DNA from: Chloroflexota bacterium
GTDB lineage: Bacteria; Chloroflexota; Limnocylindria; QHBO01
Direction: 5' to 3'
Assembly: GCA_003243965.1 (NCBI GenBank)
Contig: QHBO01000012.1
Span: 75,107 to 139,106 of the forward strand
DNA length: 64,000 bases
Shown: one piece after another, positions 31,094 through 40,605 of the stretch
Layout of the letters: every line of letters starts with the position of its first letter
How positions within the stretch are numbered: position 1 is the stretch's first letter
The notes under the pieces: model-generated
Told to the model about the DNA's origin: nothing
Seen by the model: the letters and a program-made list of their open reading frames with translations, nothing else
The model's database searches: none
Translations under genes and position numbers: made by a program

Positions 31094-32438
31094 CGACTGA
31101 GAGCGGCCCGAAGTCGGCCGCTTCGAGCTCCCCGCGGACGCGCGAGGAGTCGCCGGTGAGGAGAATCACGAGCTGCTCGGGCCGGATCAGCTCCCGCGCG
31201 GCGGCGTGCACCTCCTCGGGTCCAACTGCCTGTATCCGATCGCGGTACGTATCCCACCAGTCGTCCGGCAGTCCGTAGACGGCCAACGGCTCGATCGCGG
31301 CCGCAACGCCGCCGGTGCTCTCGAAGCGCAGCGGGAAGACGCCGACCAGGAAGTTCTTGACCTCGGCCAGCTCGTCGGGTTCCGGAGGCGTCCCACGCAT
31401 CCGGTCGAGCTGCGCAAGCAGCTCTTCGATCGCACGGGCGGTCACCTCGGTGTGCACCGCCGCATTCGCGACGAACGGTCCGGCCGAGCGTCGCGGATCG
31501 AACCCGGCGCGCGCCCCGTACGTGAACCCCAGCTCCTCGCGCAGGCGGAGGTTGAGGCGGCTCCCGAACACACCGCCGAGGAGGGCGGCCATGACCATCG
31601 CCGGAAAGTAGCGGTCGTCATAGCGGTCGATTCCAACGTGGCCGACGCGCAGCTCGCTCTGGACCGATCCGGGACGGTCGACGAGCACGACGCCGCGTCC
31701 GCGGGCGGATTCCGCCACGATCACCCGGTGACCGGGTCCCTGTCCCCGCCAGTCGCCGAAGACCGACTCGACGGTCGCCATCGCCGCCGTCGGATCGAAC
31801 GCTCCGGACACGACCAGGTGCGCCAGGGCCGGCGTGCAGTGGGCCGCATGAAAGCCGCGGCAGTCGTCGACGGCGAGCGTGCCCACGGTCTCGGGCAGCC
31901 CGCCCGACGGGCGGCCGTACGGCGACCCGGCCGCGTAGGCGTGGCGCAGGAACATCTCATCGGCAAGGCGACCCGGGTCGGCGCGCGACTGGAGGATGTC
32001 GGCCAGCCGCTCTGCCTTCAGGCGCTGGAACTCTGCCTCGTCCATGCGCGGCTCGCGGACCATCTCGGCCAGCAGCGCAAGCCCATCGTCGAGGTGCTTC
32101 GGCAGCGCGTGGAACGCGGCGCGCGCCGAGTCCCACGACGACTCGCTGCTGACGTCGATCCCCAGCCGCTCGGTGGCCTCTGCAAAGGCAGCCGCATCCA
32201 GACGCCGGGTGCCGGTCACCAGTAGCTGCGCGGTGAGCGCCGCGACGCCGGCCTGCTCCTCGGTCTCGGCCGCGGCACCGGCGTCGAACAGGAGGTGGAT
32301 GCTGACCAGGTCACGATCGGGCAGCGGGACCAGCCAGACGCAGAGTCCGTTCGCCAGGCGCTGCCGCTCGAAGCTGGGGAATCGGTACGGGCGAGGAGGC
32401 CCGGCGACCGGGCGGAGCGGGTTCAGGGTCCGGGTCAT
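31080..32438 (-). CDS. M16 family peptidase subunit (no HxxEH; likely non-catalytic partner)
   Basis: Pitrilysin-fold length and order without the zinc motif. Overlaps the upstream M16 gene by 4 nt. Confidence 0.75.
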   Translation of the reverse strand: MTRTLNPLRPVAGPPRPYRFPSFERQRLANGLCVWLVPLPDRDLVSIHLLFDAGAAAETEEQAGVAALTAQLLVTGTRRLDAAAFAEATERLGIDVSSESSWDSARAAFHALPKHLDDGLALLAEMVREPRMDEAEFQRLKAERLADILQSRADPGRLADEMFLRHAYAAGSPYGRPSGGLPETVGTLAVDDCRGFHAAHCTPALAHLVVSGAFDPTAAMATVESVFGDWRGQGPGHRVIVAESARGRGVVLVDRPGSVQSELRVGHVGIDRYDDRYFPAMVMAALLGGVFGSRLNLRLREELGFTYGARAGFDPRRSAGPFVANAAVHTEVTARAIEELLAQLDRMRGTPPEPDELAEVKNFLVGVFPLRFESTGGVAAAIEPLAVYGLPDDWWDTYRDRIQAVGPEEVHAAARELIRPEQLVILLTGDSSRVRGELEAADFGPLSVVSGE

Positions 32439-33787
32439 GCGCCCACCTCGGGCTCGGGCCGTTCCTCGGCGGCTGCCTGCGTTCCGGCCGCAGCGTCCGC
32501 CTCCGCGCCGACCTCTGCCCCTTCGGCGGGGACGTAGGTCAGCACCACCCGGTTGTCGGCACCCACGTACGCCCTCAGGGTGTCGCGCACGCGAGCCGCA
32601 TCGACCGCGCGGTAGCGCTCGACCTCGCTGTTGACCAGCTCCGGCCGATCGAAGAGGCAGGCATACATCGACAGGCGATCGGCGCGCTCGCCGACGCGCT
32701 CCAGGCTCGCTTCGACCGCCGCGCCATGGAGGTTGCGGACGCGCTCCAGTTCCTCGTCGCCCGGTCCGTCGGCGCTAAGGCGGTCGATCTCCGCGAAGAG
32801 CGCCCCCTCGAGCACATCGGTCGCGACGCCCGGGCTGGCAGTGACCCACAGGACCAGCATCGCCGCCCCGCCCACGAAGGGCAGGGCCGAGACGGTCACG
32901 TCCTGGGCCAGGCGTGTCTCGCGGACGAGGACCCGGTAGAGTCGCGATGCACGGCCGGAGGCCAGCAGATCCGCGGCCACCTCGATCGACTCGAACCCCT
33001 CGCTCCCGAAGGGTGGCACGCGGAAGCCGGCATAGATCCGCGGCAGCGGGACGCGATCGGGAACGATCTCGCGTTTCTCGGAGCCGAGCCGCGGGTCCAA
33101 CCGAACGTCGGGTGGGTCCGGGAGGTCGGCGTTGGCCCGGATCGGCCCGAAATGGCGCTCCGCGGCAGCGAGCGCTGCGGCAGGCTCCAGGTCGCCCGCG
33201 ATGGTGAGCACTGCATTGTTCGGGGCGTAGTAGGTCGCGAAGAAGTCCCGCACGTCATCCAGCGACGCGGCCGACAGATCCTCCATCGAGCCGATGGTCG
33301 GGTGGTGATAGGGGTGGCTCGGCGGGTAGAGCAGCTCGCCAAGCTTCTCGTCCCAGGTCCCATACGGCTGGTTGTCGACGGACCATCGGCGCTCGTTCTT
33401 TACCACCTCGCGCTGGTTGTCGAGCTTCTCCTGGTCCATCGCCGGCAACAGGTGCGCCATCCGATCCGACTCGAGCCACAGGGCCAGCTCCAACTCGTGG
33501 CTTGGCAGGGTCTCGAAGTAGTTGGTGCGATCGAACCAGGTGCTGGCGTTCAGCGTGCCCCCAGCGGCCTGGATGAGGCTGAAGTGCTCCCCCTTGGCGA
33601 CGTGCTCCGATCCCTGGAACATCATGTGCTCGAAGAGATGGGCGAAGCCGGTCTTGCTCGGCTTCTCGTGCTTGCTGCCGACGTCGTACCACAGGTTGAT
33701 GGCCACGATCGGTGCCTGTCGGTCCGGAGCCAGGATGACGCGAAGGCCGTTCTCCAGCCGATGGCGCTCGATTGCAACCTGGGCCAT
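32435..33787 (-). CDS. M16 family zinc peptidase (active; HxxEH)
   Basis: HLFEHMMFQGS inverted zincin motif. Confidence 0.8.
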   Translation of the reverse strand: MAQVAIERHRLENGLRVILAPDRQAPIVAINLWYDVGSKHEKPSKTGFAHLFEHMMFQGSEHVAKGEHFSLIQAAGGTLNASTWFDRTNYFETLPSHELELALWLESDRMAHLLPAMDQEKLDNQREVVKNERRWSVDNQPYGTWDEKLGELLYPPSHPYHHPTIGSMEDLSAASLDDVRDFFATYYAPNNAVLTIAGDLEPAAALAAAERHFGPIRANADLPDPPDVRLDPRLGSEKREIVPDRVPLPRIYAGFRVPPFGSEGFESIEVAADLLASGRASRLYRVLVRETRLAQDVTVSALPFVGGAAMLVLWVTASPGVATDVLEGALFAEIDRLSADGPGDEELERVRNLHGAAVEASLERVGERADRLSMYACLFDRPELVNSEVERYRAVDAARVRDTLRAYVGADNRVVLTYVPAEGAEVGAEADAAAGTQAAAEERPEPEVGA

Positions 33788-33852
33788 GCGCGCTCCTGCG
33801 GTGGGACTGACCGATGGGGCCGCGTGCCACGGCGCGGTGCCCCAAAAGTGGC

Positions 33853-33927
33853 TGGTGAGCGGCCAGGGATTCGAACCCTGAACCTAGTGATTAAGAGTCA
33901 CTTGCTCTGCCGTTGAGCTAGCCGCCC
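33853..33927 (-). tRNA. tRNA-Lys (anticodon CUU)
   Basis: The reverse complement folds as a cloverleaf: GGGCGGC acceptor, D arm, anticodon stem AGTGA/TCACT with loop CTCTTAA, TTCGAAT T-loop, and an encoded CCA. Confidence 0.85.
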
Positions 33928-33973
33928 GGATGCATGATGCCGTAGCCCGCCGCGGCCGCGCAAGCGAGCCGGC

Positions 33974-34660
33974 TCACTGCCGAGCCGGCGGTCCGGGGCC
34001 AGCCGCCGGCTCCGGGCCCTGGTCGTAGTGGGCATCCACGAACTTCCGAATGGCATCGGTGCTCGGCTGATCGAGGTAGAGGAGCCAGTCCCACGCGGTG
34101 ACCGCGATCGCGTGGCGGAAATCCTTGCCGCTCCACGGCGAGAGAATGACTTTGTAGCGCTCGGTGGTGACCTGCTGGCGCACGTAGTCGGTGAGCGCCT
34201 TGACGTCGGCCGGGCCGAGCTTGGCCGGTTGGTACCAGACCACGATCCCGCCGTGCTCCAGGTTGTGGACCGCGGCCGGCTCCAGGACCGGCGTGGTGTA
34301 CACACCCCAGTTCATCGGGGCCAGACCTGCCTCGTTCCAGTGCGGGCCGGACGTGGCCGGGACCGATCGGTAGCTCGGAATCTGGCCCGTCTGGACGTGG
34401 GTTCGGCCCTCGTCCGGTTGACGAGTGCCGCAGTACTTGTCGCAGCCGCCTCCGCCGATCAGCAGCGCCACCGCCACCGCCAAGGCGCCGATGGCCAGGA
34501 ACGCGCCGAAGCCGAGCAGCACGAGGTTGGGAGCGCGGCGGCCCGAGGAGCCGAGACGCTGATTGAGCGCCGCCTCGCTGGCTCGGGTGCGCCGCACGGA
34601 CTCGCCCCGTCCGGGCTCCACCGTGCGGCGCTGTGGCGCGGAGGTGCGTCGCTTGGCCAT
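33974..34660 (-). CDS. DUF3105-like membrane-anchored protein
   Basis: MAKRR N-terminus, one transmembrane helix, a CDKYC motif and a conserved C-terminal domain (NLEHGGIVVWYQP). ATG at 34660. The overlapping alternative-frame ORF 33918..34706 is rejected. Confidence 0.6.
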   Translation of the reverse strand: MAKRRTSAPQRRTVEPGRGESVRRTRASEAALNQRLGSSGRRAPNLVLLGFGAFLAIGALAVAVALLIGGGGCDKYCGTRQPDEGRTHVQTGQIPSYRSVPATSGPHWNEAGLAPMNWGVYTTPVLEPAAVHNLEHGGIVVWYQPAKLGPADVKALTDYVRQQVTTERYKVILSPWSGKDFRHAIAVTAWDWLLYLDQPSTDAIRKFVDAHYDQGPEPAAGPGPPARQ

Positions 34661-34762
34661 CGGCGGGGAGGATACCCGAGGCGTCCCCGCCGCGCCGCTG
34701 TGGCACCCGACCTGCAGATTGTTAGAATCGGTGGCCCCCCGAACCCCCGGCATGGAGGCGCG

Positions 34763-35173
34763 ATGACGAACCCCGACGCGCGGCGCACGACGAGCATCAT
34801 CGGTCTGGCGCGTGAGCTCGTCGGCGGCACGGTTGGCCTGATCCGGACCGAGATCGCGAGTGCGCGACAGGAGGCCGGCGAGGGGGCCGGTCGCCTCAAA
34901 GGCGCGGCGATCGTGCTCGCCATCGCGCTGGTTCTGGTATTCCTGACGCTGATGGCACTCGTCGTCGTGCTGGTCGCGGTGCTGGACATCTTTCTTCCGC
35001 TGTGGGCCAGTGCGCTGATCGTGTTCGTGGTCCTCGTGGTCCTCGCGGTCCTGATCGGCTACCTCGGCGTCCGGCGGCTGAGCGCGGCCCGCACGGCGGT
35101 CACCATTCCCCAGACGCGCGCATCGATTCAGGAGGACATCGCGTGGGCGAAACGCTTGCTGAAACGCGACTAG
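34763..35173 (+). CDS. Small integral membrane protein, actinobacterial holin-X-like family
   Basis: 136 aa with two long hydrophobic helices after an amphipathic N-terminus. A TAGAAT -10-like hexamer lies at 34723-34728. Confidence 0.55.
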   Translation: MTNPDARRTTSIIGLARELVGGTVGLIRTEIASARQEAGEGAGRLKGAAIVLAIALVLVFLTLMALVVVLVAVLDIFLPLWASALIVFVVLVVLAVLIGYLGVRRLSAARTAVTIPQTRASIQEDIAWAKRLLKRD

Positions 35174-35805
35174 AAGTCGAGACCCGTCGCGCGGATCTGG
35201 AGCGCAACGCCGACGAGCTGAAGGCGCGCCTTCGCCGGGCGGTGGATGTGCGAGCCAAGTTCCGCGAGAACCCCGCGCTGTTCATCGGTCTCGGGGCGGC
35301 AGCGGTCTTCCTGGTGCTGGGCGGACCGATCCGGGTCGCCCGCTTCGCCCGCCGCCGCCTGCGGCCGACAAACCCGGAGAAGGCCTACGACGTGCTGCCC
35401 AAGCCACTGCAGTCATGGGTCGACAGCATGGTCGATAAGCTGGGGCCGCGGGCGGAGGAGGCCCGGCATGCGATGGCCGCCGAGCTGATCCGCTGGCGCC
35501 ACGATCCAGTCGGCAACAAGAAGGCGCGCAAGGAGCTCGCGAAGCAGCTCGCCGAGGGGCCGCCCGGACCCGGTCGGGCGAGCTGGAAGGCGCTCGAGGC
35601 GGCCGGGGCGGTGCTGTCCGCAGCCCTGGCGCGCAAGGCGGTCGAGCGCTTCCTGTCCGGCGACGCTCCGTCCGGCATCGGCCCGCTCGACGCCGCCGAC
35701 ACGATCGGCGGCGCGGCCAAGCCGGACGCGGCGCCCAAAGGCTCGGCTGCCGACGAGGCGGCGACGCGGTCGGCGTACGCAGGCATCTCCTCTCGCCAGC
35801 GCTGA
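35153..35805 (+). CDS. DUF3618-like protein
   Basis: GTG start overlaps the end of the preceding gene. Coiled N-terminus, one transmembrane segment (FIGLGAAAVFLVLGG) and a C-terminal Ala-rich tail. Confidence 0.5.
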
Positions 35806-35890
35806 TCCAGCGCGCCGCCGGTGGAACGCCGGCCGCCATGCACACGCCGGCCCTTTGCTAGACTCGCGGCTCATCCGCCGTCGTAGCCCG

Positions 35891-35974
35891 GGGCGAGTGG
35901 CGGAACGGCAGACGCGCCAGCTTTAGGAGCTGGTGTCGCAAGACGTGCGAGTTCGAATCTCGCCTCGCCCACCA
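35891..35974 (+). tRNA. tRNA-Leu (anticodon UAG), class II with long variable arm
   Basis: GGGCGAG acceptor pairs with CTCGCCC. Anticodon stem CCAGC/GCTGG with loop TTTAGGA, 13-nt variable arm, GTTCGAAT T-loop, encoded CCA. Confidence 0.85.
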
Positions 35975-35996
35975 CCTCGCAGGAGCACACCGCCCC

Positions 35997-37355
35997 GTGG
36001 TCACCGTCTCCACCCGCCCCGAGCCCGGATCGAAGGTGGTTCTCGAGATCGGCGTCGAGCCGGCCGAGGTCAACCGGCACTTTGCGGCCGCCTATCGGCA
36101 CGTTGCCGAGCGGACCAGGGTGCCCGGCTTCCGCCCGGGCAAGGCGCCGCGGCACGTGATCGATCGGTTCGTGGGCCACGCCTCGGTGCTGACCGAGGCA
36201 ATCGATCATCTGATCAGCGACAGCTACGACCGGGCGCTGGACCAGATCGACCTGATACCGATCGACCAGCCCCAGGTCGACATCGACCCAGCGGACATCC
36301 GCGAGGGGTCGCCCGCGCGATTCACGGCAACCGTCTCGGTGCGCCCTGAGGTCCAGCTCGGAGCGTACACCGGCTACCCGTTTGGCCTCGAGATCCCGTC
36401 GGTCGACGATGGGCAGGTGGACGAGGTGCTCAACGACCTTCGCGCGCAGCAGGCCACGCTGCGGCCGATCGATGAACGCCCAGCCCAGATGGGCGACGTC
36501 GCCGCGGTCCGGTACACCGGCACCATCGACGGCGAGCCGTTCGAGGGCGGTTCCTCCGATCGCATGCCGCTGGTTCTCGGCGAGGATCGCATGATCCCCG
36601 GGTTCGAGGAGCAGGTCGCCGGGATGCGGATCGGAGAAGAGAAGGGCTTCGAGGTCAGCTTTCCCGACGACTACCGGGTCGAGCGCCTGCGCGGGAAACG
36701 GGCGCACTTCCAGGTCACGCTGGTCGACCTGCGTGAGCGGATCGTCCCCGAGCTCGATGCGGCGTTCGTGAAGTCGGTCTCGGAAGTGGACACGGTCGAG
36801 GCGCTCGGTGCGGAGATCGCGGACGCGCTGCGCCGCCGGGCACAGGAAGAGGCGCGGCACCAGTTTGCCGATCGGATCATCGAGTTCGCCGCCGCCAACG
36901 CGACCGTCGAGCTGCCCGAGGTGATGGTCGCCAACGAGATCGAGATCATGCGCGACGAGCTCGCAAACCGGCTCGCACAGCAGCAGATCGGCATGCCGCA
37001 GTACCTGGAGCTCATGAAACAGACGCCCGAGGAGCTGGCCACCGAGCTGCGCGAGCCGGCCTCGCGGCGGGTGAAGACGCTCCTGGTGCTGTCGGCGATT
37101 GCCGAGCGCGAGGGGATCGACGCCACCGAAGCCCAGATCGCAGACGAGACCGAACGCCAGCTCGCGCGCTACGGCGATCAAGCGCGGCTCCGCGAGTACC
37201 TGACCTCGCGACGCGGGCGCTCCTACCTGCGCATGACGCTTCGCAACCGTACACTCGTCGAGACGCTGATCGACCGAGCGCTGGGGACCGCCGCTCCATC
37301 GGCCGAGCCGCCCGACCCGGAGCCCACTGTCGCCACTGCCCCTCCAACGGAGTAA
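35997..37355 (+). CDS. tig: Trigger factor
   Basis: 452 aa: ribosome-binding N domain, PPIase domain (FEGG...GFE), C domain. GTG start. Confidence 0.85.
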   Translation: MVTVSTRPEPGSKVVLEIGVEPAEVNRHFAAAYRHVAERTRVPGFRPGKAPRHVIDRFVGHASVLTEAIDHLISDSYDRALDQIDLIPIDQPQVDIDPADIREGSPARFTATVSVRPEVQLGAYTGYPFGLEIPSVDDGQVDEVLNDLRAQQATLRPIDERPAQMGDVAAVRYTGTIDGEPFEGGSSDRMPLVLGEDRMIPGFEEQVAGMRIGEEKGFEVSFPDDYRVERLRGKRAHFQVTLVDLRERIVPELDAAFVKSVSEVDTVEALGAEIADALRRRAQEEARHQFADRIIEFAAANATVELPEVMVANEIEIMRDELANRLAQQQIGMPQYLELMKQTPEELATELREPASRRVKTLLVLSAIAEREGIDATEAQIADETERQLARYGDQARLREYLTSRRGRSYLRMTLRNRTLVETLIDRALGTAAPSAEPPDPEPTVATAPPTE

Positions 37356-37358
37356 GCC

Positions 37359-38039
37359 ATGCTCGTCCCAATGGTGATCGAGAGCAGCGCTCGCGGCGAG
37401 CGCGCCTTCGACATCTACTCCCGGCTCCTCAAGGAGCGGATCATCTTCCTCGGCGACGCGATCGAGGACCACGTAGCGAACCTGGTCATCGCCCAGCTGC
37501 TGTTCCTCGAGAGCGAGGACCAGGAGAAGGACATCAGCCTCTACATCAACTCGCCCGGCGGCGTGGTGACCGCTGGGCTGGCGATCTACGACACGATGCA
37601 GTACCTCAAGGCCCCGGTGAGCACGATCTGCATCGGGCAGGCTGCGAGCATGGGCGCGGTCCTGCTGGCAGCCGGCACCAAGGGAAAGCGCTTCGCCCTG
37701 CCGAACAGCCGGATCATGATCCATCAGGGCTCGGGCGGCTTCCGCGGCAACACCCCCGACGTCGAGATCCAGGTGCGCGAGATGCTGCACCTCACCGACC
37801 GGCTGATGCACATCCTCGCCGACCACTGCGGCCAGGAGTACGAGAAGGTACGGCGCGACTCGGAGCGGGACTACTTCATGAGCGCCGACGACGCGAAGGC
37901 CTACGGCCTGATCGACGACGTCTTCGCCGGGACCACCGAGTCGCTGATCAGCTTGGCCCAGGCCGCCGGCGGCAACGTGCCGACCGCGTCCGAGGCCGCC
38001 GCCGCGGACACCCCGGGGCTCAAGCCCGCCAAGAAATAG
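37359..38039 (+). CDS. clpP: ATP-dependent Clp protease proteolytic subunit
   Basis: Catalytic Ser context GQAASMGA; the His and Asp are present. Confidence 0.9.
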   Translation: MLVPMVIESSARGERAFDIYSRLLKERIIFLGDAIEDHVANLVIAQLLFLESEDQEKDISLYINSPGGVVTAGLAIYDTMQYLKAPVSTICIGQAASMGAVLLAAGTKGKRFALPNSRIMIHQGSGGFRGNTPDVEIQVREMLHLTDRLMHILADHCGQEYEKVRRDSERDYFMSADDAKAYGLIDDVFAGTTESLISLAQAAGGNVPTASEAAAADTPGLKPAKK

Positions 38040-38203
38040 GGCGGGCCGCGCCGGAGTCGCCCCGCCCAGCCGATCCACCGCGTTCCGCGACCGCACGGAC
38101 GGGGGCCATCGGGCGCCGATGACGGTCCGGGCGGAGCCGCAAATGGCCCGTGGTATCCTCGCCGAGCAGCCATCGGCCCAGCAGCAGGAGTCGGCCCGAA
38201 CCG

Positions 38204-39502
38204 ATGACCCAGAAGACCAAGGTCCCATACCGCTGCTCGTTCTGCGGGAAGAGCCAGGAGCAGGTGCGGAAGCTGATCGCCGGGCAGGGCGTCTACATCT
38301 GCGACGAATGCATCAACCTCTGCCAGGAGATCATCGAGGAGGAGATGCTCGAGACGCCGCGTGCCAAGAGCGCACCGGCGCCGCTGCCCAGCCCGCGGAA
38401 GATCAAGGAAGCGCTCGACCAGTACGTCATCAGCCAGGAGCCGGCCAAGAAGGTCCTGTCGGTTGCCGTCTACAACCACTACAAGCGGGTCAACGCCGGC
38501 CACAACGTGGACGATGTCGAGCTCGGCAAGAGCAACGTCCTGCTCGTCGGCCCCACCGGCTCCGGGAAGACGCTGCTGGCCCAGACGCTGGCCAAGATCC
38601 TGGATGTGCCGTTCTGCATCGCCGACGCGACCAGTCTCACCGAGGCCGGATATGTCGGCGAGGATGTCGAGAACATCCTCCTGCGGCTCATCCAGGCCGC
38701 CGATTTCGACGTGCAGCGCGCTCAGCGCGGGATCATCTACATCGACGAGATCGACAAGATCGCCCGCAAGACGGACAACCCGTCGATCACGCGTGACGTG
38801 TCGGGTGAGGGGGTGCAGCAGGCCCTGCTCAAGATCCTGGAGGGGACGGTTGCCAACGTCCCACCGCAGGGCGGACGCAAGCATCCCCACCAGGACTTCA
38901 TCCAGATCGATACCACCAACATCCTGTTCATCTGTGGCGGCGCCTTCGAGGGGCTCGAAAAGCTCGTCGAGGAGCGCGTCGGGAAGCGCGGGATCGGGTT
39001 CGGCTCGCAGGCGCAACGGCCGCGCGAGGAGCGCCGGCGGGCGCTGATGGAGCAGATGATGCCCGAGGACCTGCTCAAGTACGGGCTGATTCCCGAGTTC
39101 GTCGGCCGCCTGCCGGTGGTGGTCAGCCTCGCCGCACTGGCCGAGTCTGACCTCGTCCGGGTGCTCACCGAGCCCAAGAACGCGGTCACCCGCCAGTTCA
39201 GCAAGTTCCTGTCGCTCGACAAGGTGGAGCTTGTCTTCACGCCCGATGCGCTGGACGCCACCGCCCGTCTGGCGCTCGACCGCAAGACCGGCGCTCGCGC
39301 GCTGCGGACGATCGTGGAGGAGGCGCTGCTGGAGGTGATGTACGACATCCCCGAGCGCACGGACGTGAAAAAGGTGGTCATCACTGCCGAGACGATCGAG
39401 CACGGACAGCCGCCGATGCTCTTGACCGAGACCGAGGATGCCGAGCCGCGCCGCGGACGGGGCAAGGAGCGTCCGACCGAAATCGAGGCCGAGTCCGCCT
39501 GA
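38204..39502 (+). CDS. clpX: ATP-dependent Clp protease ATP-binding subunit ClpX
   Basis: Zinc-binding CSFCGKS...CDEC, Walker A GPTGSGKT, and the ClpX C-terminus. ATG at 38204 (MTQKTKV). Confidence 0.9.
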   Translation: MTQKTKVPYRCSFCGKSQEQVRKLIAGQGVYICDECINLCQEIIEEEMLETPRAKSAPAPLPSPRKIKEALDQYVISQEPAKKVLSVAVYNHYKRVNAGHNVDDVELGKSNVLLVGPTGSGKTLLAQTLAKILDVPFCIADATSLTEAGYVGEDVENILLRLIQAADFDVQRAQRGIIYIDEIDKIARKTDNPSITRDVSGEGVQQALLKILEGTVANVPPQGGRKHPHQDFIQIDTTNILFICGGAFEGLEKLVEERVGKRGIGFGSQAQRPREERRRALMEQMMPEDLLKYGLIPEFVGRLPVVVSLAALAESDLVRVLTEPKNAVTRQFSKFLSLDKVELVFTPDALDATARLALDRKTGARALRTIVEEALLEVMYDIPERTDVKKVVITAETIEHGQPPMLLTETEDAEPRRGRGKERPTEIEAESA

Positions 39503-39522
39503 GCGCGGCGCTGCCGGCGCCG

Positions 39523-40452
39523 CTAGATTTCGTCTGTCCGGGGTGCAGCCGGATCCCCGGCATGCGGTTCGCGCGCCGCGTCATCTTCCTCGCCGCCCGC
39601 CGCATCACCGGGCTCGACGTCGGGCTCGAGGCGCAGCGGATAGCCGGCCGCGCGCTCCGGGAATGCCGCAAGGATCCGCTTGCGGAGCTCGCCGGTCACG
39701 CTCCACTGCTCGCCGGCTCGCACCCGGCCGACGATCTTGATCGTGACCCCCGAATCGGCGAGCGCGTCGACCCGGAGCACCGACGGCCCGTCGATGATCC
39801 GGGTCTCCCAGTCCGGATCGGCGGCGAGATCGCGACAGGTGGCGTCAAGGAGCGCGCTCACCTCGTCGAGGTCCGTGCCGTAGGCGACCTGGACGTCCAG
39901 ATTCACGCGCGCGAACAGGCGGGTCATGTTGGAGGCGACCGTGATCTGACCGTTGGGCACCGAGTGCACGGTCCCGTCGAGATCGCGGAGGACCGTCCTT
40001 CGCAGGCTCAGCTCCTCCACGACGCCGCTCACGCCGGCGACCCGGATCACGTCGCCCCGGCTGAATTGGTTCTCGGCGAGGATGAACACGCCCGCCAGCC
40101 AGTCTCGGACCAGCGTCTGCGCGCCCAGACCGATGGCGATGCCCGCCACCCCAAGACCGGCGATCGCAGGCCCGATGTTGATGTTGAAAGTGTCGAGCGC
40201 CATCAGCGCCACGATGACCACGATCACCACCCCCGCGACACGGACGCTCAGCGCCTGGAGAGTGCGGATCCGCTTCGCTCGCTCCGCGGCGGCGATGTCG
40301 AGGCTGCCGTCATCGGTCGGCCTGGCAAGGAGGCGCCCGGCGGCGACCCGGGCGGCCTGTCGGACGCCGAGGTAGGCGGCCAGGCCGCCGAGAGCCACGA
40401 GCAGGAGCGCGATGAAGGTCTCGGTCGAGGCGAGCGGCAACGCCAGCAGCAT
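39523..40452 (-). CDS. Small-conductance mechanosensitive channel (MscS family)
   Basis: 309 aa: three transmembrane segments followed by the MscS beta-domain (GDVIRVAGVSGVVEELSLRRTVLRDLDGTVHSVPN). ATG at 40452. Confidence 0.75.
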   Translation of the reverse strand: MLLALPLASTETFIALLLVALGGLAAYLGVRQAARVAAGRLLARPTDDGSLDIAAAERAKRIRTLQALSVRVAGVVIVVIVALMALDTFNINIGPAIAGLGVAGIAIGLGAQTLVRDWLAGVFILAENQFSRGDVIRVAGVSGVVEELSLRRTVLRDLDGTVHSVPNGQITVASNMTRLFARVNLDVQVAYGTDLDEVSALLDATCRDLAADPDWETRIIDGPSVLRVDALADSGVTIKIVGRVRAGEQWSVTGELRKRILAAFPERAAGYPLRLEPDVEPGDAAGGEEDDAAREPHAGDPAAPRTDEI

Positions 40453-40605
40453 CGGGGCGCATGGTAGCAACCGGCGGTCGGTACCACCGGTGCACCGCAA
40501 CGGGGTACTTCCGGCCAATGAGCCTTGGGGTGCGCTGCGGTCTAGCATGGTGCGGCTACGCACGCAGCGACTGCGCCCAATGAGCATTACGAGAGCGAGG
40601 AGACG

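Noticed and set aside
33918-34706. Alternative-frame 262-aa ORF overlapping the DUF3105 gene
   Set aside because: Its translation is Arg/Gly/Pro noise, whereas the other frame gives a coherent transmembrane-plus-globular domain protein.
33853-35974. tRNA-flanked island containing a holin-like gene as a possible prophage or integrative element
   Set aside because: No integrase, no phage structural genes, no att-like duplication of the tRNA 3' ends, and GC content is the same as the flanks. The holin-X/DUF3618 pair is a common chromosomal module.
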